DNA from: Candidatus Daviesbacteria bacterium
GTDB lineage: Bacteria > Patescibacteriota > Microgenomatia > Daviesbacterales > UBA10151
DNA length: 64,000 nt
Direction of reading: 5' to 3'
Assembly (NCBI GenBank): GCA_016198275.1
Contig: JACQIX010000038.1
Location: 2,340-66,339 of the forward strand
In this document: piece by piece, positions 16,083-24,809 of the stretch
How the letters are laid out: each line of letters starts with the position of its first letter
How positions within the stretch are numbered: the first letter of the stretch is position 1
Notes under the pieces: generated by a model
What the model saw: the letters and a program-made list of their open reading frames with translations, nothing else
Database searches by the model: none
Told to the model about the DNA's origin: nothing
Made by a program: the position numbers and the translations under genes

Positions 16083-16946
16083 ATGATTTCTTTGCGTGAT
16101 GCTCATCAACAATTTATCGGACACCTTCAAGGCAAATCCCGCTCCTCTGCTACTATCTTAGCGTATGGCAAAGATATTGAGCAACTGGTCAAATTCCTGA
16201 CCGGTTTGAATAAAAATGAGGCTTCTGAAATAATCCTAGGGGACCTACAAGCTTTTATGGAAAAATTAGCCAAAGAGTCTTATACCCCTAAATCAGTCTC
16301 CCGTAAAACCAATTCCACCAAAACCTTTTTTAAATTTTTAAAATCCTCAAATTTAATTCAAAACGATCCTGCGGACAATTTAGAACATCCCAAATTTGAA
16401 AATAAACCTCCTAGAATTTTAACCAAGCTGGAATACCGCTCCTTAAGGGATGCTGCCAGATCAGATATCAGAATGATTGCTGTCATTGAGCTATTTTTGC
16501 AAACAGGAGTCAGAATCGGGGAACTTGCTAAAATTAGCGTAGGGGATGTTAATGTGACCGAAGGAACCATTCACGTTCCCCCGTTTGAAGATACCAGAGA
16601 GAGAATTATCCCGCTAAACAAACCAGCGGCAAACTCCATTGCCAAGTATTTGACTATCAGACCTAAATCCCCTTCCCATACTCTTTTTATTACTAAAACC
16701 GGCAGGCCTTTGTTAATTCGAAATATCCGGACTGCCATTGACAGATATTTTAAAATTGCCGGCATTAAGGGCGCTAAAGTCAATGATTTACGCCATACCT
16801 GGGTAGCCCATCAGTTGCAATCAGGGGTACCTATGACCATTGTTTCCAAGCTGGCAGGCCACAAAAGATTATCCACCACCGAAAGATACCTGCAATTTAT
16901 CCAGGGTCAAACTATAGAAGGTAAAGTTAAACTTGAAGAGCTATAA
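16083..16946 (+). CDS. Tyrosine recombinase XerC/XerD-like
   Basis: The N-terminal SAM-like domain reads LQGKSRSSATILAYGKDIEQ. The catalytic region reads RHTWVAHQLQSG..LAGHKRLSTTERYL. The ATG at 16083 is preferred over 16047, which overlaps ftsB. Confidence 0.8.
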   Translation: MISLRDAHQQFIGHLQGKSRSSATILAYGKDIEQLVKFLTGLNKNEASEIILGDLQAFMEKLAKESYTPKSVSRKTNSTKTFFKFLKSSNLIQNDPADNLEHPKFENKPPRILTKLEYRSLRDAARSDIRMIAVIELFLQTGVRIGELAKISVGDVNVTEGTIHVPPFEDTRERIIPLNKPAANSIAKYLTIRPKSPSHTLFITKTGRPLLIRNIRTAIDRYFKIAGIKGAKVNDLRHTWVAHQLQSGVPMTIVSKLAGHKRLSTTERYLQFIQGQTIEGKVKLEEL

Positions 16947-17021
16947 TGGTGGGCGGACCAGGATTTGAACCTGGAACCAATTGTGTATAAGACAATCGCT
17001 CTACCGTTGAGCTATCCGCCC
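16947..17021 (-). tRNA. tRNA-Ile, anticodon UAU, CCA encoded
   Basis: GGGCGGA-TA-GCTC-AACGGTA-GAGC-G-ATTGT-CTTATAC-ACAAT-TGGTT-CCAGG-TTCAAAT-CCTGG-TCCGCCC-A-CCA. Confidence 0.85.
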
Positions 17022-17036
17022 GTGGGTAGAATTATA

Positions 17037-19379
17037 CTAAAGTCTGGCCCTTGATGCTATCTCCCCCTCCACTTGAACCACATCTCTGCCATATTTTAAG
17101 CGGGATAGTTCTCTGATGGCCTGGCCGATAGCTGGTTTTAACATTGCCTTCCACTTTTTCATATCCTTGGTAGTATCCAAGGAAAACGGCACCACCGGCT
17201 CACCATTGACTATGGTTTTAATATAGGCATGAGGGGATTCAATGTTGACTAGATCCGCCTCTGCAAAGGTTGGTGAAAATTCATGCTGAAGGTAATTAGC
17301 ATCTGTCACTCCTACTCTGAAAGCCAGCACAGTGCCCACATTGCCAAAAACAGCATTTTTTAAATCTTCACCAATTTGGCCGATAAACTGGTTAGCCACA
17401 ATCAGATTTAATCTGTACTTTCTGGCCTCAGATAAAATATCAGCGAAAGTGTCTGTAGCAAAGTTTTGAAACTCATCAACGTATAAGTAAAAATCACGCC
17501 TTTGCTCTATCTGCATGTCTGTCCGAGACATGGCAGCAGCCAAAATTTTGGGGACCAGAATCAGGCCTAAGAAGTTGGAGTTTTCCTCTCCGATCTTTCC
17601 TTTAGACAGGTTCATGATTAAAATTTTCCCTTCATCCATCACTTTGCGAAGATCAAATGATGATTTTGACTGACCAATGATATTTCTTATCATCTTATTG
17701 GTGACAAAACGGCCAAATTTGGAAACCGTGTAATCCAGCACCTCTGATTTATGAAAATCAGTAGTTTGGGCGATTTGATCTGTCCAGTAACGCCGAACAA
17801 CCGGGTCAGCCACTTTTGGCAGTAATTCCCTAACAAAGTTAGCATCAGTCATAATTCTGACTACTTCTACAAAAGTTGCTCCTTCTGAAGACATGGCAGT
17901 CAGCATGGCATTTCTAACTCCATGTTCAAAACGGGGGCCAATAATCCCTGTTTTATTAGGGTCAAATAATTTGTACATCAGCCCGATAATGGAAGCCACC
18001 ACAAAATGTCTCTGCTGTTCGGAATATGCTTCCAACATGTTCAAACCAAAAGGACGAGTCATATCCGAGGGGTCAAAATAAATCACATCTTCGGCCCGGG
18101 ACGGCGGGATGAGTTGCAACATCTCCTCTGCCGCGTCTCCGTGCGGGTCAATAAAACAAAGCCCTTTGCCTGCCAAAACATCTTGTAACATCAAAGTTTT
18201 CAGCAGTTCTGATTTACCGGTGCCTGTCCGGCCGATAATATACATGTGTTTGCGCCTGTCATCTTCTGACAGATAAACCGGCCGACCCACCCCCCTGAAA
18301 ACTGACCTGCCTAAATACAAACCACTGACCGGAATCTTTTCCGGCGCCGGGGCCCGCTTGGATGACAACCAGCTAATGTAGGGTGTTTCAATGGATTTAT
18401 TTGGAAAATGAAACACTGTGGCCAGTTCATCTGCTGTCAAAACCGACAGTTTGGCAAACTTAGGCATATAGCGATAAATAAAATCAGTCAAAAATCCTTT
18501 TTCAGAATAAACTTTATCAGCGCTGAATGAATTGTAGGGCCCGCTAAATTGTTCAAAGGCGGATTTGATATTGGTTAAATGAGCCTTGGCAAGTTCCGAA
18601 GATTCAGATGAAACCACTATTCTAATTACTGTTTCAAAACCGCTTCTGGTAATTTTACCTTCCACTGCTTCCAATTGTTTGGCATCAGGGGCAGGTTTAG
18701 GATTTTTTTCATCCCCGGGTTCTTTTTCTTTTTTCACCCAATTTTTACCCAAGTTTTTCCAGCTGTTATCTGCAGGAGAAATCATCATCTGCACTGCCGC
18801 TCCTTCACTTAACTGCATCTTGGCCAAAGCTGAAGTCAAAGCTGAGAGCGGATCTGTTGGTAAATCCCGGAAAGTTTTAATAGGAAAGTAGTCTGCGCTT
18901 TTCAACTTCAGTTGAGCATAGGCTGTTTGCGAGTTTTCAGAAAAAATATTATATTCCGGCGCTTCTTTAATTTCAGCATCCGGGTAAGCCCCGTGAATTT
19001 GTTTTTCTACTAAATCCTGGTGAGATTGATGGCAGGAAACAAAAAACCTGATAGATTCATGCAAGGCCACAATTTCAAAAGATAAATGAGGTTGGAGCTT
19101 GAAAGCAGATAACATTCCTCCGCTCGAGCGGAGCGAAGCAAAGGTGGCAAATAATTGCTCTGAGGCGTCAATTTTAACTTCATTGCCTCTGGGAACTTTG
19201 ATCTGCAGCAGGACAAATTGCAAAGATTTTTTCTCTCTATCTTTATATTTAATCCAGCCGACAAAAAATTTTTTTAAAAAAAACCCTAGCCCCACCAACA
19301 GTGATAAGACTGCCAAAATTCCCACCACTGCTACTATCAAACTAATAAAATCAATTCCTCCGTTTTGTGTTACTTCCAT
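17037..19379 (-). CDS. Membrane-anchored P-loop ATPase of the TraD/TraG/VirD4 (type IV coupling protein)-like family
   Basis: It has an N-terminal TM segment, Walker A IIGRTGTGKSELL, then CFIDPHGD and Walker B-like FYLYVDEFQNF. Confidence 0.65.
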   Translation of the reverse strand: MEVTQNGGIDFISLIVAVVGILAVLSLLVGLGFFLKKFFVGWIKYKDREKKSLQFVLLQIKVPRGNEVKIDASEQLFATFASLRSSGGMLSAFKLQPHLSFEIVALHESIRFFVSCHQSHQDLVEKQIHGAYPDAEIKEAPEYNIFSENSQTAYAQLKLKSADYFPIKTFRDLPTDPLSALTSALAKMQLSEGAAVQMMISPADNSWKNLGKNWVKKEKEPGDEKNPKPAPDAKQLEAVEGKITRSGFETVIRIVVSSESSELAKAHLTNIKSAFEQFSGPYNSFSADKVYSEKGFLTDFIYRYMPKFAKLSVLTADELATVFHFPNKSIETPYISWLSSKRAPAPEKIPVSGLYLGRSVFRGVGRPVYLSEDDRRKHMYIIGRTGTGKSELLKTLMLQDVLAGKGLCFIDPHGDAAEEMLQLIPPSRAEDVIYFDPSDMTRPFGLNMLEAYSEQQRHFVVASIIGLMYKLFDPNKTGIIGPRFEHGVRNAMLTAMSSEGATFVEVVRIMTDANFVRELLPKVADPVVRRYWTDQIAQTTDFHKSEVLDYTVSKFGRFVTNKMIRNIIGQSKSSFDLRKVMDEGKILIMNLSKGKIGEENSNFLGLILVPKILAAAMSRTDMQIEQRRDFYLYVDEFQNFATDTFADILSEARKYRLNLIVANQFIGQIGEDLKNAVFGNVGTVLAFRVGVTDANYLQHEFSPTFAEADLVNIESPHAYIKTIVNGEPVVPFSLDTTKDMKKWKAMLKPAIGQAIRELSRLKYGRDVVQVEGEIASRARL

Positions 19380-19690
19380 TATGCTGCTTTATTATTTTTC
19401 AATCTAACTTTCTTTAGTCTTTCTAAAGCAAGACTTATTGGATTTTTACTACTGGTTACTCTAGTTCTGGTTAATACTCCTTTGCCACTAGTCCATTCTT
19501 CAACAGCGCCACGACCAAAATGTGATAAATCTCCCGAAGATATATCAACCAGTTTTCCGTCAGGTATCTTGGTCAATGCAGATTGGTCATTTGGATTAAC
19601 AGATTCAGGAGTAGATGGATAATCGGCTTGATTTAAATTACCGCTGACCCCTTTGTGTAAATCCTGATCCCTTTGGGCAGTTGTTTCCAT
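19379..19690 (-). CDS. Hypothetical 103-aa protein
   Basis: The ORF ends where the ATPase gene starts, with a 1-nt overlap. No motif was recognised. Confidence 0.45.
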   Translation of the reverse strand: METTAQRDQDLHKGVSGNLNQADYPSTPESVNPNDQSALTKIPDGKLVDISSGDLSHFGRGAVEEWTSGKGVLTRTRVTSSKNPISLALERLKKVRLKNNKAA

Positions 19691-19750
19691 AAACTAATTA
19701 TCTCACATCTGATTGATTGCGCCAATTAACTAAAACTGTATAATTCCCAC

Positions 19751-20392
19751 ATGCTTTTAAAAGTTTTAGATAAAAAATCAGAAGCTAAAGATGTTTTTAG
19801 CTTAATTTTTGAAAAACCAAAAAGTTTTATTTTTTACCCGGGACAATATTTAGATTATGAACTAGCAGTTAATGACCCAAATGGAAATACCAGAGCTTTT
19901 ACTATCTCCTCATCCCCTACTGAAAATTTCTTAATGTTAGTAACCAAAAAAGGATTTTCTGAATTTAAAAAAGCTCTCATCAAGTTTAAAAAAGGTGATG
20001 AAATTAAAACTTCCCACCCTGCCGGCACTTTCATCCTGGATGAGTCTACCCCTGCTGTTTTTATAGCAGGCGGAATTGGTATTACCCCATTTAGATCAAT
20101 GGTCAAATATGCTGCGGACTATAAATTAAAAATTCCTATCATTTTAATTTACTCAAATTCTGATGAGAATTTTCTTTTCAAAAAGGAGTTGGCAGTTTGG
20201 GAAAAAAACCTATCTAATCTAAAAATTATTTATCACTCTTCCGGCAAAATTGAGCCGATTGTCCAGTACGTTAATAACGCAATATATTATCTGGCTGGGC
20301 CGCCTAAGATGGTGAAAAATTATGAAAAATTACTGCTTGGTTTAGGAATAGACCAGATCAACATCCGCTATGATCAGTTTGATGGATATTGA
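19751..20392 (+). CDS. Ferredoxin-NADP reductase-like FAD/NAD(P)-binding oxidoreductase
   Basis: RAFTISSSP matches the RxYS FAD motif. GGIGITPFRSM is the NAD(P)-binding motif. Confidence 0.7.
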   Translation: MLLKVLDKKSEAKDVFSLIFEKPKSFIFYPGQYLDYELAVNDPNGNTRAFTISSSPTENFLMLVTKKGFSEFKKALIKFKKGDEIKTSHPAGTFILDESTPAVFIAGGIGITPFRSMVKYAADYKLKIPIILIYSNSDENFLFKKELAVWEKNLSNLKIIYHSSGKIEPIVQYVNNAIYYLAGPPKMVKNYEKLLLGLGIDQINIRYDQFDGY

Positions 20393-20439
20393 ATATGATA
20401 AAATAACTTTGCATGGCTTCACAGAGACTAGGAAAGAGA

Positions 20440-20568
20440 ATGTCCATTAAAGAATCTCAATACTGGTCAAGCATAGCATCTCAGTGTGGTCAGATATTTT
20501 TTGGCATATCAGCTGTCACTGTATTTGCAGGGAAATTTGATCAAAGTCAAATACTTGTGATATCATAA
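20440..20568 (+). pseudogene. Small membrane-protein ORF with an in-frame TAA (the frame continues to 20625)
   Basis: MSIKESQYWSSIASQCGQIFFGISAVTVFAGKFDQSQILVIS-stop-ALVSSIIFWIIGWRLNE. The stop falls in the middle of the second hydrophobic segment. Confidence 0.3.
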
Positions 20569-20618
20569 GCATTAGTGTCTTCAATTATTTTCTGGATAAT
20601 TGGATGGAGATTAAATGA

Positions 20619-20738
20619 ATGATAATAGATTTTAATCAAATAAACTGGGGGAATGTTTTAATAGGAGAAGCAATAATTGTAGGGGTAATGATTACTTTTT
20701 TTCTGTTTATTCTAAGCAGAAAAGGTTCACACAAATAA
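20619..20738 (+). CDS. Possible 39-aa single-TM peptide
   Basis: MIIDFNQINWGNVLIGEAIIVGVMITFFLFILSRKGSHK. It is below the ORF-track cutoff. Confidence 0.3.
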   Translation: MIIDFNQINWGNVLIGEAIIVGVMITFFLFILSRKGSHK

Positions 20739-20850
20739 TTATCTTCTTTCAATAGATAATATTGGCCATGATTCCATTAGCAGACTTTATCCATACTAAA
20801 CTTACATTAGGAACCTAAGGGAACAATGATACCTCAAATTCACTAAAATT

Positions 20851-21144
20851 TTAAGGAAGGTAATCTAACAGTTTAAACAGGGGAACCCTATTTTTTACCT
20901 TTTCCTGTTGCTCCGGGGTTGAGGTTTTGTAATTAACCCCAAAACCAACAATCGCACCAACTCCAATTAAGGCCATTTTTAAAAATCTTCTTCTAGATAT
21001 GAGTTGCGATCTAACAGCCTCTCTAGGTTGATGCATTTGTTCGTTTCTCTCACAAGACATACGTGTATTATAACAGATTTGAGCTAATTTAGCAACTATA
21101 GGCTCTGGCGATGTCCTGACCGCTGCTACTAAGGCTCGCCGCAA
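20851..21144 (-). CDS. Small protein with a twin-arginine-like signal (true start probably internal)
   Basis: SRRRFLKMALIGVGAIVGFG is a TAT-type motif. The N-terminal part of the tracked ORF overlaps sodX. Confidence 0.45.
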   Translation of the reverse strand: MRRALVAAVRTSPEPIVAKLAQICYNTRMSCERNEQMHQPREAVRSQLISRRRFLKMALIGVGAIVGFGVNYKTSTPEQQEKVKNRVPLFKLLDYLP

Positions 21145-21503
21145 CAGGTAATTTTAAAACCGCAATTATGACAAATTGCATCTTTTCTGTTTGGACAATC
21201 TATCTTACTCGGATAAACTACTTTTCCCACTATTTGATTTATATTAACTTTGCCAAAATGTCTGGAATCGGTACTGCTCTTTTGATTATCTCCGATCACA
21301 AAAACGCGACGACCGTCAACTTTTTGTATCCGCTTAACTATCTCTTTCCTAGCCAGTTTTATAATCACAATATCTCCTACTTTTGGCTTATTTCCAAAGT
21401 AAGCCCAATTAAAAGATAGTACGTCTTGTCCTGGTTTTAAGGTGGGAAGCATACTATTACCATAAATAGTGAATCTGGAAATAGGAAACATAATACATAC
21501 CAC
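21129..21503 (-). CDS. sodX: S26-type signal-peptidase-like NiSOD maturation protease
   Basis: GNSMLPTL carries the catalytic Ser, and GDNQKSSTDSRHFG is also present. It lies immediately downstream of sodN. Confidence 0.7.
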   Translation of the reverse strand: MVCIMFPISRFTIYGNSMLPTLKPGQDVLSFNWAYFGNKPKVGDIVIIKLARKEIVKRIQKVDGRRVFVIGDNQKSSTDSRHFGKVNINQIVGKVVYPSKIDCPNRKDAICHNCGFKITCCGEP

Positions 21504-21517
21504 CTACTACATGCTAC

Positions 21518-22021
21518 TTATTTATGACTGACTATCTCTCCTTCTGTGGAATAGCCTGAAAGAATTCTGGCAGGTTCAAAACCTTTAGTTTTCCAAAAAA
21601 TTTCAGCAATTTGTTGGACATTAGCAAGCAGTTTTTGGGAAATTTCCAGATCGATTTTTTGCCTGACATCTCCGGTTAATTTAAGAGTCTTCCAAACTAA
21701 ATCGTGCAGATCCGGATAATCTTTAAAATGCTCCTGCTTAAAATAATCTGCCCATAAAGTCACTATCTCATGCTCCACTTTTTGAGCATGCTCCTCTTTA
21801 ACTCTAGTAAATCTTGAAATTTGGGAGATGATCTTTTTTCTTTCATCAAATGGAGGTTCTGAAGAAGTGGGCTTAAGATCATTGATTAAATTTACCATCC
21901 TAATAATGGTGTGCGCTGCCATTTGTGCTTCATGAGGGTCGTAAATCCCGCAAGGAATATCACAATGAGCATAAACTAACTTTGTTGGAAGAATTTTAAT
22001 AAGAGAATTTAGAAGCCTCAT
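21518..22021 (-). CDS. sodN: Nickel superoxide dismutase precursor
   Basis: The leader MRLLNSLIKILPTKLVYA is followed by the Ni-hook HCDIPCGIYDP. The start is set at Met62 of the tracked ORF, which removes the overlap with trxB. Confidence 0.85.
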   Translation of the reverse strand: MRLLNSLIKILPTKLVYAHCDIPCGIYDPHEAQMAAHTIIRMVNLINDLKPTSSEPPFDERKKIISQISRFTRVKEEHAQKVEHEIVTLWADYFKQEHFKDYPDLHDLVWKTLKLTGDVRQKIDLEISQKLLANVQQIAEIFWKTKGFEPARILSGYSTEGEIVSHK

Positions 22022-22064
22022 AAATTTTATATCAGTATTATAACATTTATACCAGTGGTATATA

Positions 22065-22985
22065 TCAAGTAAGATTTTCCAAATATTCTTCCACATCGAA
22101 GCTGGCTTTGCAACCTGCCCCAGCTGCTGTAACTGCCTGGCGGTATTTAAAATCAGATACATCACCTGCTGAAAATACTCCTTCTGCGGAAGTTTTTGTT
22201 CCATCTGCCACCACTACATAACCTTTTTTGTCTAAATCAATTTGTCCTTTTAAAAAGCTGGTATTGGGCTGATGGCCGATGGCAATGAATAATCCATCCA
22301 ATTGCAATTGACTGATCTGCCCATTCTGAGTATTTTTTAATTTCACTCCAGTTACTTTATCCTGCCCTAAGACTTCTATTACTTCGCTGTTCCAGATAAA
22401 ATCAATATTTGGTTTACTTTTGACAAGTCGTTGCAAAGCGTCCTGGGCCCGTAAATTATCCCTGCGATGGATTACCGTCACTTTTTTACAGAGCCTGGAT
22501 AAGAAATTGGCTTCTCTCATGGCAGTATCTCCTCCGCCAACCACTGCCACCTTTTTTCCTTTGAAGAAAAAGCCGTCGCAAACTGCGCAAGCAGACACCC
22601 CTTTTCCGCGTAGCCTTTGTTCTGATTCTAAACCTAACCACGTAGCCGAAGCTCCTGTAGCCAAGATTACTGACTGAGTTAACAAAGTCTGAGTTTCAGT
22701 TTTAATAGCAAAGGGTTTTTGGGAAAAATTTACAGATACAACATCTTCAGCTAAAAATTTGGTGTTAAAACGTTGGGCCTGTTTTCGCATCTTGGCCATC
22801 AAATCAGGACCTTGAATACTTTCATCAAACCCCGGATAATCGTCTACATCGGTTGTCAGCATCAACTGACCGCCTGCCTCTCTTCCGGCAATAACCAAAG
22901 GATGTAAATTCCCCCGGGCAGCATAAATTGCCGCAGTCAAACCAGCTGGTCCAGAACCAATAATGATTAGCCTTTCCGTCCTCAC
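22065..22985 (-). CDS. trxB: Thioredoxin-disulfide reductase
   Basis: IIGSGPAGLTAAIYAAR is the FAD motif, CAVCDG is the redox centre, and VVGGGDTAMREA is the NADPH motif. Confidence 0.9.
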   Translation of the reverse strand: MRTERLIIIGSGPAGLTAAIYAARGNLHPLVIAGREAGGQLMLTTDVDDYPGFDESIQGPDLMAKMRKQAQRFNTKFLAEDVVSVNFSQKPFAIKTETQTLLTQSVILATGASATWLGLESEQRLRGKGVSACAVCDGFFFKGKKVAVVGGGDTAMREANFLSRLCKKVTVIHRRDNLRAQDALQRLVKSKPNIDFIWNSEVIEVLGQDKVTGVKLKNTQNGQISQLQLDGLFIAIGHQPNTSFLKGQIDLDKKGYVVVADGTKTSAEGVFSAGDVSDFKYRQAVTAAGAGCKASFDVEEYLENLT

Positions 22986-23215
22986 CTATTAGTTGCTCCT
23001 TGGGTGGAAATTTTTTGCTTTGTTGATCCTGTTGCCTCCTCTCCCGAGGGGACGGCAGAAGGAGTAGCTGTTGGTGTTGATTGGACACTAACCTGAACTT
23101 GCTCTTCTACTTTCGGGAGCATTGGCGGCTGATATCTACTCCTTAACCAAACTAAAAAGCCGGCTATCACTACAAACATCAAGATAATTATTGTAATTGT
23201 CACATTTCTATTCAT
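22982..23215 (-). CDS. Small membrane-anchored protein, hypothetical
   Basis: It has an N-terminal TM segment and a low-complexity tail. Its stop overlaps the trxB start by 4 nt. Confidence 0.45.
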   Translation of the reverse strand: MNRNVTITIIILMFVVIAGFLVWLRSRYQPPMLPKVEEQVQVSVQSTPTATPSAVPSGEEATGSTKQKISTQGATNR

Positions 23216-23896
23216 TTACAACTCACCCCCTTGGGCATCTTGGGCTATCTTAACTTTTTGTTTTTGCAAAATCAACCCTGACGCAAAAAAACCTACTCCT
23301 GCACCCAGTAAAGTCCCGCCAAAAACATCTGACAACCAATGTTCCCCCAGATAAACTCTGGTTAATCCCATTAGAATTGCCAGAGAAGAAAGGCAGCCAA
23401 AAATAGTCAGCCTGAATAAGAAATTTTTGCTGGAAAAAATGATCATACAGATTAAAACAGTGATAACAAAAATTGTTCTAGTCATATGTCCTGAGGGATA
23501 AGAAAAATCAGTATGAATATAAAAAGAGGGTAGGTTTGTTGGTAGTAATGTTCTATGCAAAAATGCTGGTGGAGCCGGGTGAAAAAGAACCAGTTTTCCA
23601 AAAACCTCAGCTGCGGATGCCGGAATTATCATCAGCCACCCTAAAATTGCCAGCCATTTGCCCTTAAAAAAAGCCAGTGCAGATAATATTAAACAAAAGC
23701 CTAAAGTAATCTCCGCGCTGCCTAATAAACTAAAGTAAGAAAAGATTACATCAAACTTTCGGGAGACATGATCTTGCAATTTGACGGTAGTATCAAAATC
23801 AATTTGCTGCCATCTTTCCTTGGCTACCAGGTAGGAAAAATAAGTAAAAAAACCAATAAAAAAAGCAGCTAGCAGAAATAATTTAATTCTCACCAA
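23216..23896 (-). CDS. PAP2-family phosphatase
   Basis: YPSGHMTRT and RVYLGEHWLSDVFGG are the PAP2 motifs, and the protein is polytopic. Confidence 0.75.
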   Translation of the reverse strand: MVRIKLFLLAAFFIGFFTYFSYLVAKERWQQIDFDTTVKLQDHVSRKFDVIFSYFSLLGSAEITLGFCLILSALAFFKGKWLAILGWLMIIPASAAEVFGKLVLFHPAPPAFLHRTLLPTNLPSFYIHTDFSYPSGHMTRTIFVITVLICMIIFSSKNFLFRLTIFGCLSSLAILMGLTRVYLGEHWLSDVFGGTLLGAGVGFFASGLILQKQKVKIAQDAQGGEL

Positions 23897-23899
23897 TAA

Positions 23900-24340
23900 C
23901 TATCTTACAGTAACTGAGCCGAATAAAGAAGGATTTAGGTGATCATGATATTTATAAGTTCCGGCTTTGGGAAAAGTTAAAGATTTTTTCTCACCAGGTT
24001 TAATCTCACCAAGATTTAAAGGAGGGTAAACCAAGTGGGTTGGATGAACAGCAGAATTAACAGTATGATCCACTGTATCATTATTCATCCAGGCAACACT
24101 ATCCCCTGCTGAAATTGTGATATCTTTGGGAGAAAAACCTACTGAAGTAACTGTGACCAGATTTTTGTTTTCAGTTTCAGCTGCGGAAGGGGAACCGGTA
24201 TCATCAGACTGTGCAGAAACAGGAGCTTGAGTAGGCTGGGATACTACTGGAGCAATAGTTGGTTCGGGGCGCATCAGAAACCAACCGCCAATTACTAAAA
24301 TTAAAACTACTACTGCTGCAATTACTACAGTCCTGGACAT
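23900..24340 (-). CDS. Cupredoxin-like domain protein with an N-terminal anchor
   Basis: The strings are ISAGDSVAWMNNDTVDHTV and YKYHDHLNPSLFGSVTV. Met13 of the tracked ORF is preferred as the start. Confidence 0.55.
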   Translation of the reverse strand: MSRTVVIAAVVVLILVIGGWFLMRPEPTIAPVVSQPTQAPVSAQSDDTGSPSAAETENKNLVTVTSVGFSPKDITISAGDSVAWMNNDTVDHTVNSAVHPTHLVYPPLNLGEIKPGEKKSLTFPKAGTYKYHDHLNPSLFGSVTVR

Positions 24341-24353
24341 AAATCTTAATTTA

Positions 24354-24791
24354 TCAAAGATCCTTTGTTTGTGCAAGTGGCAAAATCTGACTGGTAGAAT
24401 AGTTTCCTATTTTTTTCGTCACAAACTTTAATTTTGCTCCCACTAACTTAGCTATTCTTTGGTGATTATCAATATTAGTATAATCTTTAGTAACAGCAAT
24501 AATATCCGGCTTCAACTTAGTAATTAAACGGTCATAATCCTGATCCGAATCCATCTTAGGCAGATTAACAACTAAGTCTACTGCTTTCAATGCCTGTAAA
24601 ATTTTAGCTCGCTGACTTTGTTTAAAAACAGGTCTTCTATCCCCTTTTAACCTTCTGATCTTTTCATCGCTTTCCAAAAGCACTACCAAGTAATCCCCTA
24701 CCTTTTTGGCTTTTTCCAAAAAAATGATATGGCCGGGGTGCAAAATATCAAAACAGCCTCCCACCAAAACAATTTTTTTCTCTTTTTTCAT
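24354..24791 (-). CDS. Cytidylyltransferase-family nucleotidyltransferase (RfaE domain II / FAD-synthase-like)
   Basis: VLVGGCFDILHPGHIIFL is the HxGH motif. Confidence 0.7.
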   Translation of the reverse strand: MKKEKKIVLVGGCFDILHPGHIIFLEKAKKVGDYLVVLLESDEKIRRLKGDRRPVFKQSQRAKILQALKAVDLVVNLPKMDSDQDYDRLITKLKPDIIAVTKDYTNIDNHQRIAKLVGAKLKFVTKKIGNYSTSQILPLAQTKDL

Positions 24792-24809
24792 TTGTGGTAC
24801 ACTTTTGTT

